Positions 9,680-19,937 are shown, counted from the first letter of the stretch. The stretch: DNA of 64,000 bases from Acutalibacteraceae bacterium (GCA_045647525.1 JAZRMK010000048.1:7928-71927); one strand, 5' to 3'. Translations and numbers: made by a program. The notes: generated by a model from the letters alone, not told the origin.

Positions 9680-10318
9680 ATGGAAATGATAAATGTTGCT
9701 CTTCCCAAAGGCAGACTCGGTGAAAAGGTCTACGATATGTTCGAAAGCTCCGGTTTTCCCTGCCCCTCTATCAAAGAGCCAAACCGAAAGCTGATCTTTG
9801 AAAACAAAGAGGTCGGCGTGCGCTATTTTTGGGTAAAACCCTCTGACGTTGCGATTTACGTTGAGCGCGGTGCGGCAGACATAGGTGTTGCCGGCAAGGA
9901 TATTTTACTTGAATACGAACCCGATGTTTACGAACTTCTTGATCTGAAAATGGGCAAATGTGCCATGGCGGTTGCCGCAAAAAAAGAGTTTCGTGATGAT
10001 ATTTCAAAAACGCTTCGCGTTGCGACAAAATTTTCAAATATCGCCAGAAAATATTACAACGCAAAATGCCGCGATATTGACATCATCCACTTGAACGGTT
10101 CTATCGAAATTGCACCGATTCTGGGTCTTTCGGATGTTATTGTTGATATTGTTGAAACGGGAAAAACCTTATTGGAAAACGACCTTGAACCAAAGGAAAC
10201 CATCGTGCCGATAAGTGCCCGACTCATTTCAAATAAAACATCATATAAATTCAAGCAGCTGCAAATAGACCGTATTACCGCAGCATTAGCAGAGCTTGTG
10301 AGGAACAAAAATGATTGA
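9680..10318 (+). CDS. hisG: ATP phosphoribosyltransferase, short form
   Basis: 212 aa. Motifs LPKGRL, DVAIYVERGAADIGVAGKD and VDIVETGKTL. Confidence 0.92.
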   Translation: MEMINVALPKGRLGEKVYDMFESSGFPCPSIKEPNRKLIFENKEVGVRYFWVKPSDVAIYVERGAADIGVAGKDILLEYEPDVYELLDLKMGKCAMAVAAKKEFRDDISKTLRVATKFSNIARKYYNAKCRDIDIIHLNGSIEIAPILGLSDVIVDIVETGKTLLENDLEPKETIVPISARLISNKTSYKFKQLQIDRITAALAELVRNKND

Positions 10319-11588
10319 TATTTTAGATTTTTCAAAATTAAGTAAAGACGAAATTTTCGCCCGCGAAACCGTAAAGGTTGACGTGTCGGGCATTGTTTCG
10401 GAAATCATCGATAATGTGCGTCAAAACGGCGACAAGGCGGTTTTGGAATACTGTAAAAAATTTGACAAGGCCGAATTGACGTCTTTGGAAGTCACAAAAG
10501 AGGAGATCGACGAGGCGGTTTCTCTTGTTGAACCCAAGTTTTTGGAGATTTTAAAAACCGCTGCCGAAAACATCCGCGAGTTCCACTCGCACCAGGTACG
10601 CGAAGGCTTTAAAATCGAAAAAGACGGTATTGTGACCGGACAGAAGATCACCGCCATCGAAAAGGCAGGTCTTTATGTTCCGGGTGGCACGGCTGCTTAT
10701 CCTTCAACCGTTCTGATGGACTCTATCCCTGCAAAAATTGCAGGTGTTAAAGAAATGTGTATCGTAACACCGCCCAATAAGGACAGCAAGATCAATCCCG
10801 TTATCTTGGCGGCCGCAAGTATTGCAGGAGTTGACCGAATCTTCAAGGTCGGCGGTGCTCAGGCAATAGCAGCTCTCAGCTACGGTACCGAGTCGATCCC
10901 TAAGGTTGACAAGATAGTCGGTCCCGGCAACGCCTTTGTTGCCGAAGCAAAACGTCAGGTATTCGGTCTTGTTGCCATTGATATGATCGCAGGTCCCAGT
11001 GAGATACTGGTCATCGCCGATTCCAAAAGCAACGCACGTCATGTTGCTGCCGACCTGCTTTCACAGGCTGAACACGACCGCAACGCAAGTGCCGTTTTGG
11101 TCACCGACAGTTTGGAGTTTGCAGAACTTGTAAGTAATTCTTTGGAGGAACAAATTCCTCTGCTTGAACGTTGCGACATCGCACGTGAATCGATTGACAA
11201 AAACGGCAAAATCATCGTTACCGACAATATTTTAACCGCGATTGAGGTTTCTAACGAGATTGCTCCCGAGCACCTAGAACTTCAACTCGACGACCCGTTT
11301 AAATACCTTGACGCTATAACAAATGCGGGCAGTATTTTTATGGGACGTTACTGCCCCGAGGCTTTGGGTGACTATTATGCAGGTCCCAACCACACCCTGC
11401 CGACCAGTGGAACTGCAAAGTTTTCAAGTCCCCTTTCGGTTGACGATTTCGTCAAAAAGACCCAGTTTACATACTATACCGAAGGTGCGCTCCAAAAAGT
11501 TGCCGACGATGTTGCTTTCTTTGCCGAAAAAGAAGGACTCACCGCACATGCCAAGAGCGCTACCATAAGATTTGAGGATAAAAAATGA
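10311..11588 (+). CDS. hisD: Histidinol dehydrogenase
   Basis: 425 aa. Motifs AGPSE, SQAEHD and GDY.AGPNHTLPT. Confidence 0.93.
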   Translation: MIDILDFSKLSKDEIFARETVKVDVSGIVSEIIDNVRQNGDKAVLEYCKKFDKAELTSLEVTKEEIDEAVSLVEPKFLEILKTAAENIREFHSHQVREGFKIEKDGIVTGQKITAIEKAGLYVPGGTAAYPSTVLMDSIPAKIAGVKEMCIVTPPNKDSKINPVILAAASIAGVDRIFKVGGAQAIAALSYGTESIPKVDKIVGPGNAFVAEAKRQVFGLVAIDMIAGPSEILVIADSKSNARHVAADLLSQAEHDRNASAVLVTDSLEFAELVSNSLEEQIPLLERCDIARESIDKNGKIIVTDNILTAIEVSNEIAPEHLELQLDDPFKYLDAITNAGSIFMGRYCPEALGDYYAGPNHTLPTSGTAKFSSPLSVDDFVKKTQFTYYTEGALQKVADDVAFFAEKEGLTAHAKSATIRFEDKK

Positions 11589-12658
11589 GTGAATTTAAAG
11601 CGAAGCAGTTTGGCTCGCTGAAAGAGTACGTTCCGGGCGAGCAACCGCAGGACAAACTTTATATAAAACTTAATACCAACGAGTCACCTTTTCCGCCGTC
11701 GGACAAAACTGTCAAAGCCTTAAACAGCGAGGAAGCGGAAAATCTTCGCCTCTATTGTGACCCCGAATGTAAGGCTTTAAAAGAGGAAATTGCAAAAGTA
11801 TACAATGTATCTTCTGACAATGTCTTCGTTTCCAACGGTTCTGATGAGATTCTCAACTTTGCCTTTATGCTTTACGGCAAGGCAAAAGGTGCTCTTTTTG
11901 CCGATATCACCTATGGCTTTTACAAGGTCTTTGGTGACCTTTACGGCATTGATTATATTAAAAAGCCGTTGAACGACGATTTCACCGTCAACGTTGAGGA
12001 TTACAAGGAAACCGGACGATTCACCGTTCTTGCCAATCCAAACGCACCTACGGGACTGGCTCTGCCGATTGAAGAAATAGAGGCAATAGTTGCATCTAAC
12101 CCCAACAACGTTGTGCTTATCGACGAGGCTTATGTTGACTTCGGTGCAGATTCGTCAGTGCCGCTTATCGAAAAATACAACAACCTTATCGTTTGCCAGA
12201 CCTTTTCCAAATCGCGCAGTATGGCAGGTGCAAGACTCGGCTTCTGTTTTGCTAATAAGGAACTTATAAAGGACTTGGAACTTATTAAATACTCAACCAA
12301 TCCTTACAATGTCAACCGATTGACCCAAATCGCAGGAACTGCCGCTATGAAGGACAACGATTATTATCTCGACAACTGCAAAAAAATTGTGCAGGCACGT
12401 GATTACACTACCTCACAGCTACAACAGTTGGGATTCTGTGTTTTGGAATCGAAGGCAAACTTCATTTTTGCAAAACACCCCGATTTAGACGGAAAAGAGT
12501 TTTATCTCCTGCTTAAATCCAACGGTATTTTAGTGCGCCACTTTGACTCCGACCGAATCTGCCAATACAACAGAATCACCGTGGGCAGTATTAAGGATAT
12601 GGAAAAGTTTATTGAGATTACCCGCAAAATTTTAAAAGAAAAGGAACTTTTGAAATGA
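11585..12658 (+). CDS. hisC: Histidinol-phosphate aminotransferase
   Basis: Class-II aminotransferase with PLP lysine context QTFSKSRSMAGARLG. Located inside the his operon. Confidence 0.9.
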   Translation: MSEFKAKQFGSLKEYVPGEQPQDKLYIKLNTNESPFPPSDKTVKALNSEEAENLRLYCDPECKALKEEIAKVYNVSSDNVFVSNGSDEILNFAFMLYGKAKGALFADITYGFYKVFGDLYGIDYIKKPLNDDFTVNVEDYKETGRFTVLANPNAPTGLALPIEEIEAIVASNPNNVVLIDEAYVDFGADSSVPLIEKYNNLIVCQTFSKSRSMAGARLGFCFANKELIKDLELIKYSTNPYNVNRLTQIAGTAAMKDNDYYLDNCKKIVQARDYTTSQLQQLGFCVLESKANFIFAKHPDLDGKEFYLLLKSNGILVRHFDSDRICQYNRITVGSIKDMEKFIEITRKILKEKELLK

Positions 12659-13242
12659 GAATTGCTGAAATTAAAAGAAAGACCGCCGAAACCGACATTG
12701 AATTGAAGCTGGCACTTGACGGTAACGGCGAATCTGAAATCAACACAGGATGCGGATTTTTAGACCACATGTTGACCCTTTTTGCCAAACACGGCAATTT
12801 TGACCTGACAGTTAATTGCAAGGGTGATGTTGAGGTCGATTACCACCACACAGTAGAAGATATCGCCATTTGCTTGGGTGATGCTTTTAAAAACGCCTTG
12901 GGCGACTGTCGAGGCATTACACGTTACGGCAGTTTCCTTCTCCCAATGGACGAGGCACTTATTCTTACCGCTATCGACATTTCGGGCAGAAGTTATCTCC
13001 GTTACAACCTTGACATTCAAAGAGCTAAGGTCGGCGATTTTGACACAGAACTTGTTTTGGAATTTTTCGAGGCATTTGTTCGTCACGCCAATGTTACCTT
13101 GCACATCCGTCAGTTAGACGGTGTTAATTCGCACCACATCATTGAAGGCACATTCAAGTCATTTGCAAGAAGCATGAAGGCTGCCGTTGCTATTGACGAG
13201 CAGAACAAGAATTCTGTTCCCTCAACCAAAGGGGTACTCTAA
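12655..13242 (+). CDS. hisB: Imidazoleglycerol-phosphate dehydratase
   Basis: 195 aa. Motifs RKT.ET.I, GFLDHML, DYHHTVED and NSHHIIE. Confidence 0.93.
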   Translation: MRIAEIKRKTAETDIELKLALDGNGESEINTGCGFLDHMLTLFAKHGNFDLTVNCKGDVEVDYHHTVEDIAICLGDAFKNALGDCRGITRYGSFLLPMDEALILTAIDISGRSYLRYNLDIQRAKVGDFDTELVLEFFEAFVRHANVTLHIRQLDGVNSHHIIEGTFKSFARSMKAAVAIDEQNKNSVPSTKGVL

Positions 13243-13860
13243 ATGACCGTTATTATCGATTACGGCGTAGGAAACCTCTTCTCGCTAACCTGCTCATTTA
13301 AAAAAATCGGAGCCGATGTTACTGTATCTGACGACCCCGAGATCATCAGAAATGCAGACCGCCTTATTTTGCCCGGCGTTGGTGCTTTCGAGGATGCTGC
13401 CGCCAAATTAAAGGAATCGGGTCTTGACAAGATTCTCATTGAAAAGGCTGAATCAGGCACACCTGTTTTAGGCATCTGCCTTGGTATGCAGTTGCTTTTT
13501 GAACGCAGCTTTGAATACGGTGAACACGAAGGACTGGGCCTACTTAAAGGCGATATTGTTTCCTTTAAGGGTGCTATCGACAACAGTTTAAAAATCCCTC
13601 ATATTGGTTGGAATGCAATAACAAAACATTCCGATTGCCCGATTTTCAAATATGTCAAAAACGGTGAACACGTCTATTTCGTGCATTCTTATTACGCACC
13701 GAAAGATGTTCCGTCGGCAGCGGTCACCAGCGATTACGGCATTGAATTTGCCGCCGCAGTACAGAACAACAATATTTTCGGTTGTCAGTTCCACCCCGAA
13801 AAAAGCGGTGATGTGGGACTTAATATCCTTCGTGCATTTATAGAGATTGGAGAAAACTAA
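13243..13860 (+). CDS. hisH: Imidazole glycerol phosphate synthase, glutaminase subunit
   Basis: Class-I glutamine amidotransferase: GICLGMQ nucleophile elbow and FHPEKS. Confidence 0.92.
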   Translation: MTVIIDYGVGNLFSLTCSFKKIGADVTVSDDPEIIRNADRLILPGVGAFEDAAAKLKESGLDKILIEKAESGTPVLGICLGMQLLFERSFEYGEHEGLGLLKGDIVSFKGAIDNSLKIPHIGWNAITKHSDCPIFKYVKNGEHVYFVHSYYAPKDVPSAAVTSDYGIEFAAAVQNNNIFGCQFHPEKSGDVGLNILRAFIEIGEN

Positions 13861-14573
13861 TGCTCATTTTACCCGCTATCGACCTTGTAAACGGCTGCGC
13901 AGTGCGTTTGTTCAAGGGCGATTACGACAATATGACTGTTTACAGCAAAAATCCTGTTGAGGTTGCTTTGAATTTTAAAAGTAACGGTGCCGAATTCATC
14001 CACCTTGTAGACCTTGAAGGTGCGCGTGACGGCAACACACCCAACATCGACGTAGTTGAAAACATCGTCAAAACAACAGGCTTAAAAGTTGAGATCGGCG
14101 GTGGCATCAGGTCACTTGAAGTTATCGAACGTTACCTTTCAATCGGCGTATCCCGAGTAATTCTCGGAACTGCGGCAGTAACTGACGAAGATTTATTGAA
14201 ATCAGCGGTTGAAAAGTTCGGTGATGCTATCGCGGTTGGTGTTGATGTCAAAGACGGCTATGTCGCAATTAAAGGCTGGCTTGAAAAATCAACATTCACC
14301 TGCGAAGAATTTTTCGAAAAGTTGCAGAACTTGAATGTTGCTACCGTAATTTGCACCGACATTTCAAAAGACGGTGCTATGCAGGGCACAAACCGTGAAA
14401 TGTATAAAAATTTAAGTCAAAAGTTTAATATGAATATTGTAGCCTCGGGCGGTGTTTCGAGTATCGATGATATCAAAGCTTTGAAAGAAATGGGGCTTTA
14501 CGGAGCGATTCTGGGGAAAGCATACTATATCGGTGCCGTCGACCTGAAAGAAGCAATCGAGGTGGCAAGATGA
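13860..14573 (+). CDS. hisA: ProFAR isomerase
   Basis: Starts ILPAIDL..G..VRL.KGDY, with GGGIRS in a (beta/alpha)8 barrel. Operon position fits. Confidence 0.92.
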   Translation: MLILPAIDLVNGCAVRLFKGDYDNMTVYSKNPVEVALNFKSNGAEFIHLVDLEGARDGNTPNIDVVENIVKTTGLKVEIGGGIRSLEVIERYLSIGVSRVILGTAAVTDEDLLKSAVEKFGDAIAVGVDVKDGYVAIKGWLEKSTFTCEEFFEKLQNLNVATVICTDISKDGAMQGTNREMYKNLSQKFNMNIVASGGVSSIDDIKALKEMGLYGAILGKAYYIGAVDLKEAIEVAR

Positions 14574-15328
14574 TAACTAAAAGAATAATCCCCTGCCTTG
14601 ATGTTAAAAACGGCCGAGTTGTAAAGGGCACGAACTTTCAAGGGCTTGCTGATGTTTCCTCGCCTATTGAGTTGGCGGAGTATTACAGCAACGTCGGTGC
14701 AGATGAACTCGTTTTTTACGATATTACCGCTTCCGCCGAAGGCAGAGCTCTTTTTACCGATATATTAAAAGAGGTCGCATCTAAAATATTCATTCCCTTA
14801 ACCGTTGGCGGTGGAATAAATACATTGGACGATTTCGACCGCGTTTTAAAATGCGGAGCTGACAAGGTCAGCGTCAATTCAGGCGCAATCAAAAACCCTG
14901 AGCTCATACGCGAAGCCGCAACTGTTTACGGCGACCAGTGTGTCGTTCTGTCGGTCGATATCAAGCGTGTTGACGGCCAATTCCGCGTTTTTGCCAAAGG
15001 CGGCCGCGAGGACACAGGCTTAGAGGCTATCAGTTGGATCAAACGCTGCGTGGAAATGGGCGCAGGTGAGGTCGTTGTCAACTCCATAGACACCGACGGC
15101 GTCAAAAAGGGCTTTGACATCGAAATGTTGCAAGCAGTCAGAAAAGCTGTCAACGTACCCGTTATTGCTTCGGGTGGTGCCGGTTGTTCTGAGGATTTTG
15201 TCACACTTTTCAAAGAGATACCCGATATTGACGCTGGTCTTGCTGCGTCGATCTTCCACTTTGGCGAGGTCGCGATACCTGATTTAAAATCACAGCTTAA
15301 AGCAAACGATATACTTGTGAGGTTATAA
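14570..15328 (+). CDS. hisF: Imidazole glycerol phosphate synthase, cyclase subunit
   Basis: Motifs RIIPCLDVKNGRVVKG, GADELVFYDITAS and TVGGGI. Confidence 0.93.
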   Translation: MITKRIIPCLDVKNGRVVKGTNFQGLADVSSPIELAEYYSNVGADELVFYDITASAEGRALFTDILKEVASKIFIPLTVGGGINTLDDFDRVLKCGADKVSVNSGAIKNPELIREAATVYGDQCVVLSVDIKRVDGQFRVFAKGGREDTGLEAISWIKRCVEMGAGEVVVNSIDTDGVKKGFDIEMLQAVRKAVNVPVIASGGAGCSEDFVTLFKEIPDIDAGLAASIFHFGEVAIPDLKSQLKANDILVRL

Positions 15329-15750
15329 TGATGATAAATTTGGATATTAGTAAACTTAAATTCGACAAAAACGGTCTTATACCCGCTATTGTGGTCGATT
15401 CCATCACAAAAAAGGTGCTCACCTTGGCTTATATGAACGAGGAGAGCCTTAAAATTTCATTGGAAAAGGAATACACCTGCTTTTTCAGCCGTTCAAGACA
15501 AAAGTTGTGGCTGAAAGGCGAAACCAGCGGCAACTACCAGCACATTGTTTCGATCACCGCCGATTGTGATTATGATGCTCTGGTCGTAGTAGTTGAAAAG
15601 GACGGACCTGCCTGCCATAAGGGCACTGATTCATGCTTTACAAACAACGTTTTTAGGAGCGAAACCTTAAAAGAATTTACCGTCGAGGGTCTTTATGACC
15701 TTCTGGCAGAACGCAAAGAGAAGCTCCCCGAAGGCTCATATACCACCTAA
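15328..15750 (+). CDS. hisI: Phosphoribosyl-AMP cyclohydrolase (HisI domain); ends at an in-frame TAA within what is normally a HisIE fusion
   Basis: HisI motifs (LIPAIVVD, SRSRQKLW.KGETSGN, CDYDALVVVVEKDGPACH). The ORF stops at TAA 15748-15750, inside the conserved HisE start ...PEGSYT(Y)LF. Confidence 0.85.
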   Translation: MMINLDISKLKFDKNGLIPAIVVDSITKKVLTLAYMNEESLKISLEKEYTCFFSRSRQKLWLKGETSGNYQHIVSITADCDYDALVVVVEKDGPACHKGTDSCFTNNVFRSETLKEFTVEGLYDLLAERKEKLPEGSYTT

Positions 15751-15984
15751 CTTTTCCAGAAGGGACTCGACAAGATACCCAAAAAGGTCGGTGAAGAATG
15801 CACTGAGGTTATTATTGCAGCAAAGGCCGACGACAAAAAGGAAACCATTTACGAAATCGCTGACCTTATGTATCACGTTATGGTGCTGATGAACGAAATG
15901 GGCATCTCCACCGAAGATGTTCACCGTGAAATTGCATCGCGCAACATAATAGAGCACAAAGTAAAACAAGAAAAGATGGTTTAA
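15751..15984 (+). pseudogene. hisE: HisE (phosphoribosyl-ATP pyrophosphatase) domain continuing in the same frame after the TAA, with no start codon of its own
   Basis: Same frame reads [53 protein letters not shown]...KMV, stop at 15982-15984. This is a typical HisE sequence, with no ATG/GTG/TTG near its 5' end. Confidence 0.7.
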
Positions 15985-16013
15985 TTACAAAACCCGACAA
16001 TTTTATATTAAAC

Positions 16014-16048
16014 AAAAAAGCACCGCAGATGATTCTGCGGTGCTTTTT
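16014..16048. terminator. Bidirectional intrinsic terminator
   Basis: Hairpin AAAAAAGCACCGCAG / CTGCGGTGCTTTTT between the convergent his operon and the kinase gene. Confidence 0.8.
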
Positions 16049-16067
16049 AATACATATAATTTGGCTT

Positions 16068-17627
16068 TTATTCAAGAGGTTTGGATTCCTTGGCCTCACG
16101 TCTGATGTCCTCGGGCTTAGCTCCATATCCATAGCCATAACTACCATATCCATAGCCGTAACTACCGTAACCATAGCCGTAGCCATAACTATATCCGTAA
16201 CCGTAACGGCGAGTACCGTACTTTCCGTGATACTTATATCCGCCATAGCCACCATGATTGATGTTCACCTTATTAAGAACATATCCTATAATTTCAGTGT
16301 CGCTGAATGCCAGATAGTTGATAGCATTATTTATCTTACTGCAATCGGTGCTGTTCCATTTTATTGCAAAGAGCACGCCGTCACAGAAGTCAGCAAGTAA
16401 AGCGGTTTCAGCCGAATCACAAGCAGGCATGTCAACGATGACATAATCGTAATGCTCGCGAAGATAATTAAAGATTGAGACGTAGTTCTTTTTAAGGAAT
16501 TTGATCTGTTCACTTCCTGCAAACAGAACATCGAAATCATCCTTAATTATATTGATAGATTCTTCTATCTTGATTTTGCCCGAAATAATTTCTGTAATAC
16601 CAACATTTTCAACCTCATTTTTTCGATTGAGAATGTTCTGCAAAGCACGGTTTGCAAAGTCAACGTCAACAAGAATTGTTTTCTTACCGCTTGTTGACAG
16701 CGATTTTGCAAGGTTATAGCTTATGGTAGTCTTTCCTTCGCCCATAACCGAGCTTGTAACACCGATAACATTAACTTTGTTCTTAGATGCCTTTAATCTT
16801 ACGCGCTGTTTAAGGACACGTATGGATTCCGAGAAGCCCGAAAGACCGGACGACCCCTTGACAAGCGCTTTCTTATTGCTATTTCTCTTTGAACTAACCT
16901 CGGGAATCTCGCAGATACACTTGCCGTTAAATGTAACCTCTATATCACGTTTTGACAATATCGGCTTACGGGTGTACATACGGATAACAACCAACAACAG
17001 TCCTATACCAAGACCTATAAACGCGCCGAATAACACATAAGTCGTTCCTGAACCTGCATTAAACGGTTTTTCACTCAAAACAGGCTTTGAACCTCTGATA
17101 ATATTCATCTGCGTATCGCCGAGAATATACTCTGCGATTTTCGGATAGTTATTTATCAAAGAGTTGAGTATATCATACGCATCCTGCGCAGAACTACTGG
17201 TAACATGAAGTTCAAAAAGGTTAGTGTCTTCAACTGCCGAAGCAGAAATGGTACCGTTAAGCGGCCTTTGAAGGTCGTTCTCAACAATTTCGGTAAGGAA
17301 ACCGCCCTCAACTATATGGGGGAAGGTTGCCGCCATCTGCTTTGACAACGTTTCGTTATAGTTGAACGCATAAACGCTGGCGCCACTGGCCGAGTTACTG
17401 TCAATAAGAGGAGTGATTGTAAAACGGGCGGTTGAGCGATACAACGGAACGAACGTTACTGCAAAAAACACGTATGCCAACAATGCGCAAGCAGCAGTTA
17501 GCGTTAAAACTATCCACCAAACACTCTTTAAATTCTGCGCAAAATCACGTAGAGTGAGACCGTTGCTTTGTTTTTCTGACACACTGGTTGTTTCTTTTTC
17601 TGTGTTTTTCAATTGTCTCATCTCCAT
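16068..17627 (-). CDS. Fused Wzz-domain / BY-type protein-tyrosine kinase (Wzc-like architecture) with a long C-terminal (YG)n tyrosine cluster
   Basis: N-terminal chain-length-determinant region with two TM helices. Walker A GEGKTT, A' ILVDVDF and B DYVIVDMPA. C-terminus is GGYGGYKYHGKYGTRRYGYGYSYGYGYGYGSYGYGYGSYGYGYG. Confidence 0.85.
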   Translation of the reverse strand: MEMRQLKNTEKETTSVSEKQSNGLTLRDFAQNLKSVWWIVLTLTAACALLAYVFFAVTFVPLYRSTARFTITPLIDSNSASGASVYAFNYNETLSKQMAATFPHIVEGGFLTEIVENDLQRPLNGTISASAVEDTNLFELHVTSSSAQDAYDILNSLINNYPKIAEYILGDTQMNIIRGSKPVLSEKPFNAGSGTTYVLFGAFIGLGIGLLLVVIRMYTRKPILSKRDIEVTFNGKCICEIPEVSSKRNSNKKALVKGSSGLSGFSESIRVLKQRVRLKASKNKVNVIGVTSSVMGEGKTTISYNLAKSLSTSGKKTILVDVDFANRALQNILNRKNEVENVGITEIISGKIKIEESINIIKDDFDVLFAGSEQIKFLKKNYVSIFNYLREHYDYVIVDMPACDSAETALLADFCDGVLFAIKWNSTDCSKINNAINYLAFSDTEIIGYVLNKVNINHGGYGGYKYHGKYGTRRYGYGYSYGYGYGYGSYGYGYGSYGYGYGAKPEDIRREAKESKPLE

Positions 17628-17630
17628 TCC

Positions 17631-19007
17631 TTATGATTTTACGGTGTCGGTGCGTTCACTAACCGTATTTTCTTTCAACACCTTTAACTGATGAACATTG
17701 TTGAAGATACAGCCTGCGAAGTAATTCTTGCTGATAGCTTCAATCTGGTCATTGATATTCACAACTCGGACAAAGTCCTGACGTACTACGATGAGCGAAG
17801 CATCAGCAACGCCTGAAATGATTTCTGCATCAACAGTAATTCCCGAAGGTGATGTGTCGATGATAATGAAGTCAAACTGATTTTTCAGTTCTTCAATAAC
17901 ATTTGCAAACCTGCTATCTGACATTTTGGCTGCCGAGTTAACGCAACTCTCTGCATTATCCAATATATAGAGGCCTGTTTCGGGGTCGTGCTTAATAAAC
18001 GAATTTATGTCCCCACCTTCGTCAAGATAAACTCTGAAATCTCGGTTGGGATCGTGCTCTATATTGTCAAAAAAGTTCTTGACCGCAGGCTTTTTAAGGT
18101 CGCAGTCGACGATAAGGACCTTGTGTGAATTATCTACAAGTGCTGTTGCAAGGTTTACCGATACGGTGGTCTTACCCTCGTTTTCAGCGGTACTGGTGAT
18201 CATAAATGTTTTATGACCCTTGGTACGATAGATACTCTCGATCTTAATAGCCATCTTTCTGAAGCTCTCAGTAAACTCGTAGCCTACAAGAGAGTTGGTT
18301 AAAATAAGACGACGTTTAGCATCAGGTAATTTTTTATTGATCTCATCAAGATGGTTGACAGTACCGAAAAGTCTGCCGTCAAGTTCAAGTTCAATGTCCG
18401 AAACATTCTTAATGGTATCGCGCATATATGACATAAGGAATATCAATACAGCGACGGAAAGAGCCGCGACAAATGCCATCAAAACACAGGTGCTTAAAAT
18501 TGAAATCGTGTTTGAAGGACCTGTCGGCACGTCGGGTTCGGAAATAATCTGAATAATGATATTATTAAACGAGGAGTCGGTAACATTAAAGTGGTTATCC
18601 GCAATAGTCTGCAACACCTCATGAGCCTTTTCGGGAGATGATTCGATGGAAGAAACTTTAATAAGGTTGGTGTCTTCAAGCTGTTCAGCGACCACTCGGC
18701 CCTCGACTGACTCACCCATATTGCTTTCGGCAGCAGCTATCATAGCGTCACTTCCGAAAATATCGTCCATTGATTCGGCAAGGCTTACGGTTCTCGCCAA
18801 CGACAACGCAGTTGAAGTCGATGTATAACCGCTAAGGTTTACCGAAAGCATCATTGTACTTGTGTACTCCCTCGGTGCTACGTATGTAAGAAAGACAAAA
18901 CTCGACACGAAGGCAATAATGCCGGCAAGCACAATACTTATTGCATTCTGCACAAGATCGGTTACTACTGTGTACGGGTTGATTCTTGAAATTTCAAATT
19001 TTTTCAT
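17631..19007 (-). CDS. Second fused Wzz-domain / BY-kinase-like P-loop protein, lacking a C-terminal tyrosine cluster
   Basis: Same architecture (two TM helices plus an ATPase domain). Walker A AENEGKTT, A' VLIVDCDL and B DFIIIDTSP. The last 25 residues contain no Tyr. Confidence 0.8.
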   Translation of the reverse strand: MKKFEISRINPYTVVTDLVQNAISIVLAGIIAFVSSFVFLTYVAPREYTSTMMLSVNLSGYTSTSTALSLARTVSLAESMDDIFGSDAMIAAAESNMGESVEGRVVAEQLEDTNLIKVSSIESSPEKAHEVLQTIADNHFNVTDSSFNNIIIQIISEPDVPTGPSNTISILSTCVLMAFVAALSVAVLIFLMSYMRDTIKNVSDIELELDGRLFGTVNHLDEINKKLPDAKRRLILTNSLVGYEFTESFRKMAIKIESIYRTKGHKTFMITSTAENEGKTTVSVNLATALVDNSHKVLIVDCDLKKPAVKNFFDNIEHDPNRDFRVYLDEGGDINSFIKHDPETGLYILDNAESCVNSAAKMSDSRFANVIEELKNQFDFIIIDTSPSGITVDAEIISGVADASLIVVRQDFVRVVNINDQIEAISKNYFAGCIFNNVHQLKVLKENTVSERTDTVKS

Positions 19008-19012
19008 TTAAA

Positions 19013-19891
19013 TTAATCCTCCCTTACAACAAGCATAACTCGGGTGTAAGTAATTTCTTGTCTTACGCCATCGATTTCGTCGTAGATACTCATTTTAATA
19101 TAGTTAACACCAGGCTTGGTAAGGTCAATACCGGTTGTATCAACCACTATATCATCAACGGTATAGGTCTTACCCGTAATTGAGTCAATGTATTCATCTG
19201 TCTTCCAAAAGTCAGGGTTGGTTACATCACCCATGCCCTCTTCATAATAAATGAGGTAATTGTTAAGTTCTATTTTATGTGCAGTATTTAAGTCACTTAC
19301 AACCTCAGCCTTAAAGGTAATGACTTCTGAATCGCCCATACTGTTTGAAACCTTGATATTGATATCATATTTTCCCTCAATATTGGTGAGTTCGCTGGAA
19401 ATAATCTTGATGTACTTACTGATATCGGTACTATTGGTTGTATCAAACACGTCAATAGCGGTTACATAAGACTGCAACAACTTAGTGCTGATCGACTGTC
19501 CACTGCGGAAGATGAAATCGTGTTTAAGCTGAAACTCCGGTTTTTTATAGTCGGTGTAAACGATTTTCTTCTTTATCATATCGACATTATTATCACTGTC
19601 GCAGACAGTAAAGGTAACGATAGAGGTTTTTTGGTCGATAAAATACTTTTCGCGAACAACGATGATCTTATCGGTCAAATCTCCGTCCTGCTCATCATAA
19701 GCTGTGACGAATTTGAGCAACTCGATATCCTGTACGCCCTCTTCAACCGTAACCTCAATAGCCTGGTCGTCCGGCACGGAACATTCAAGCACGGGCGCAA
19801 CCCTTGTGTCTTTCTTTGCCAAAATAATTCCCATACTTGTAACAGCAACGACCACCGCCATTGCAATAACTATCAATTTAAGTGTCCTCAT
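19013..19891 (-). CDS. Membrane-anchored protein with bacterial Ig-like (DUF5011-type) domains
   Basis: N-terminal TM helix. The motif A.DEQDGDLTDKI.V, followed by repeated beta-rich segments, resembles Ig-like DUF5011 domains. Confidence 0.55.
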   Translation of the reverse strand: MRTLKLIVIAMAVVVAVTSMGIILAKKDTRVAPVLECSVPDDQAIEVTVEEGVQDIELLKFVTAYDEQDGDLTDKIIVVREKYFIDQKTSIVTFTVCDSDNNVDMIKKKIVYTDYKKPEFQLKHDFIFRSGQSISTKLLQSYVTAIDVFDTTNSTDISKYIKIISSELTNIEGKYDINIKVSNSMGDSEVITFKAEVVSDLNTAHKIELNNYLIYYEEGMGDVTNPDFWKTDEYIDSITGKTYTVDDIVVDTTGIDLTKPGVNYIKMSIYDEIDGVRQEITYTRVMLVVRED

Positions 19892-19937
19892 TTTAAAAAA
19901 TAGCCTCCGTAATATGTTAACTTTGAGTATTTATAAT

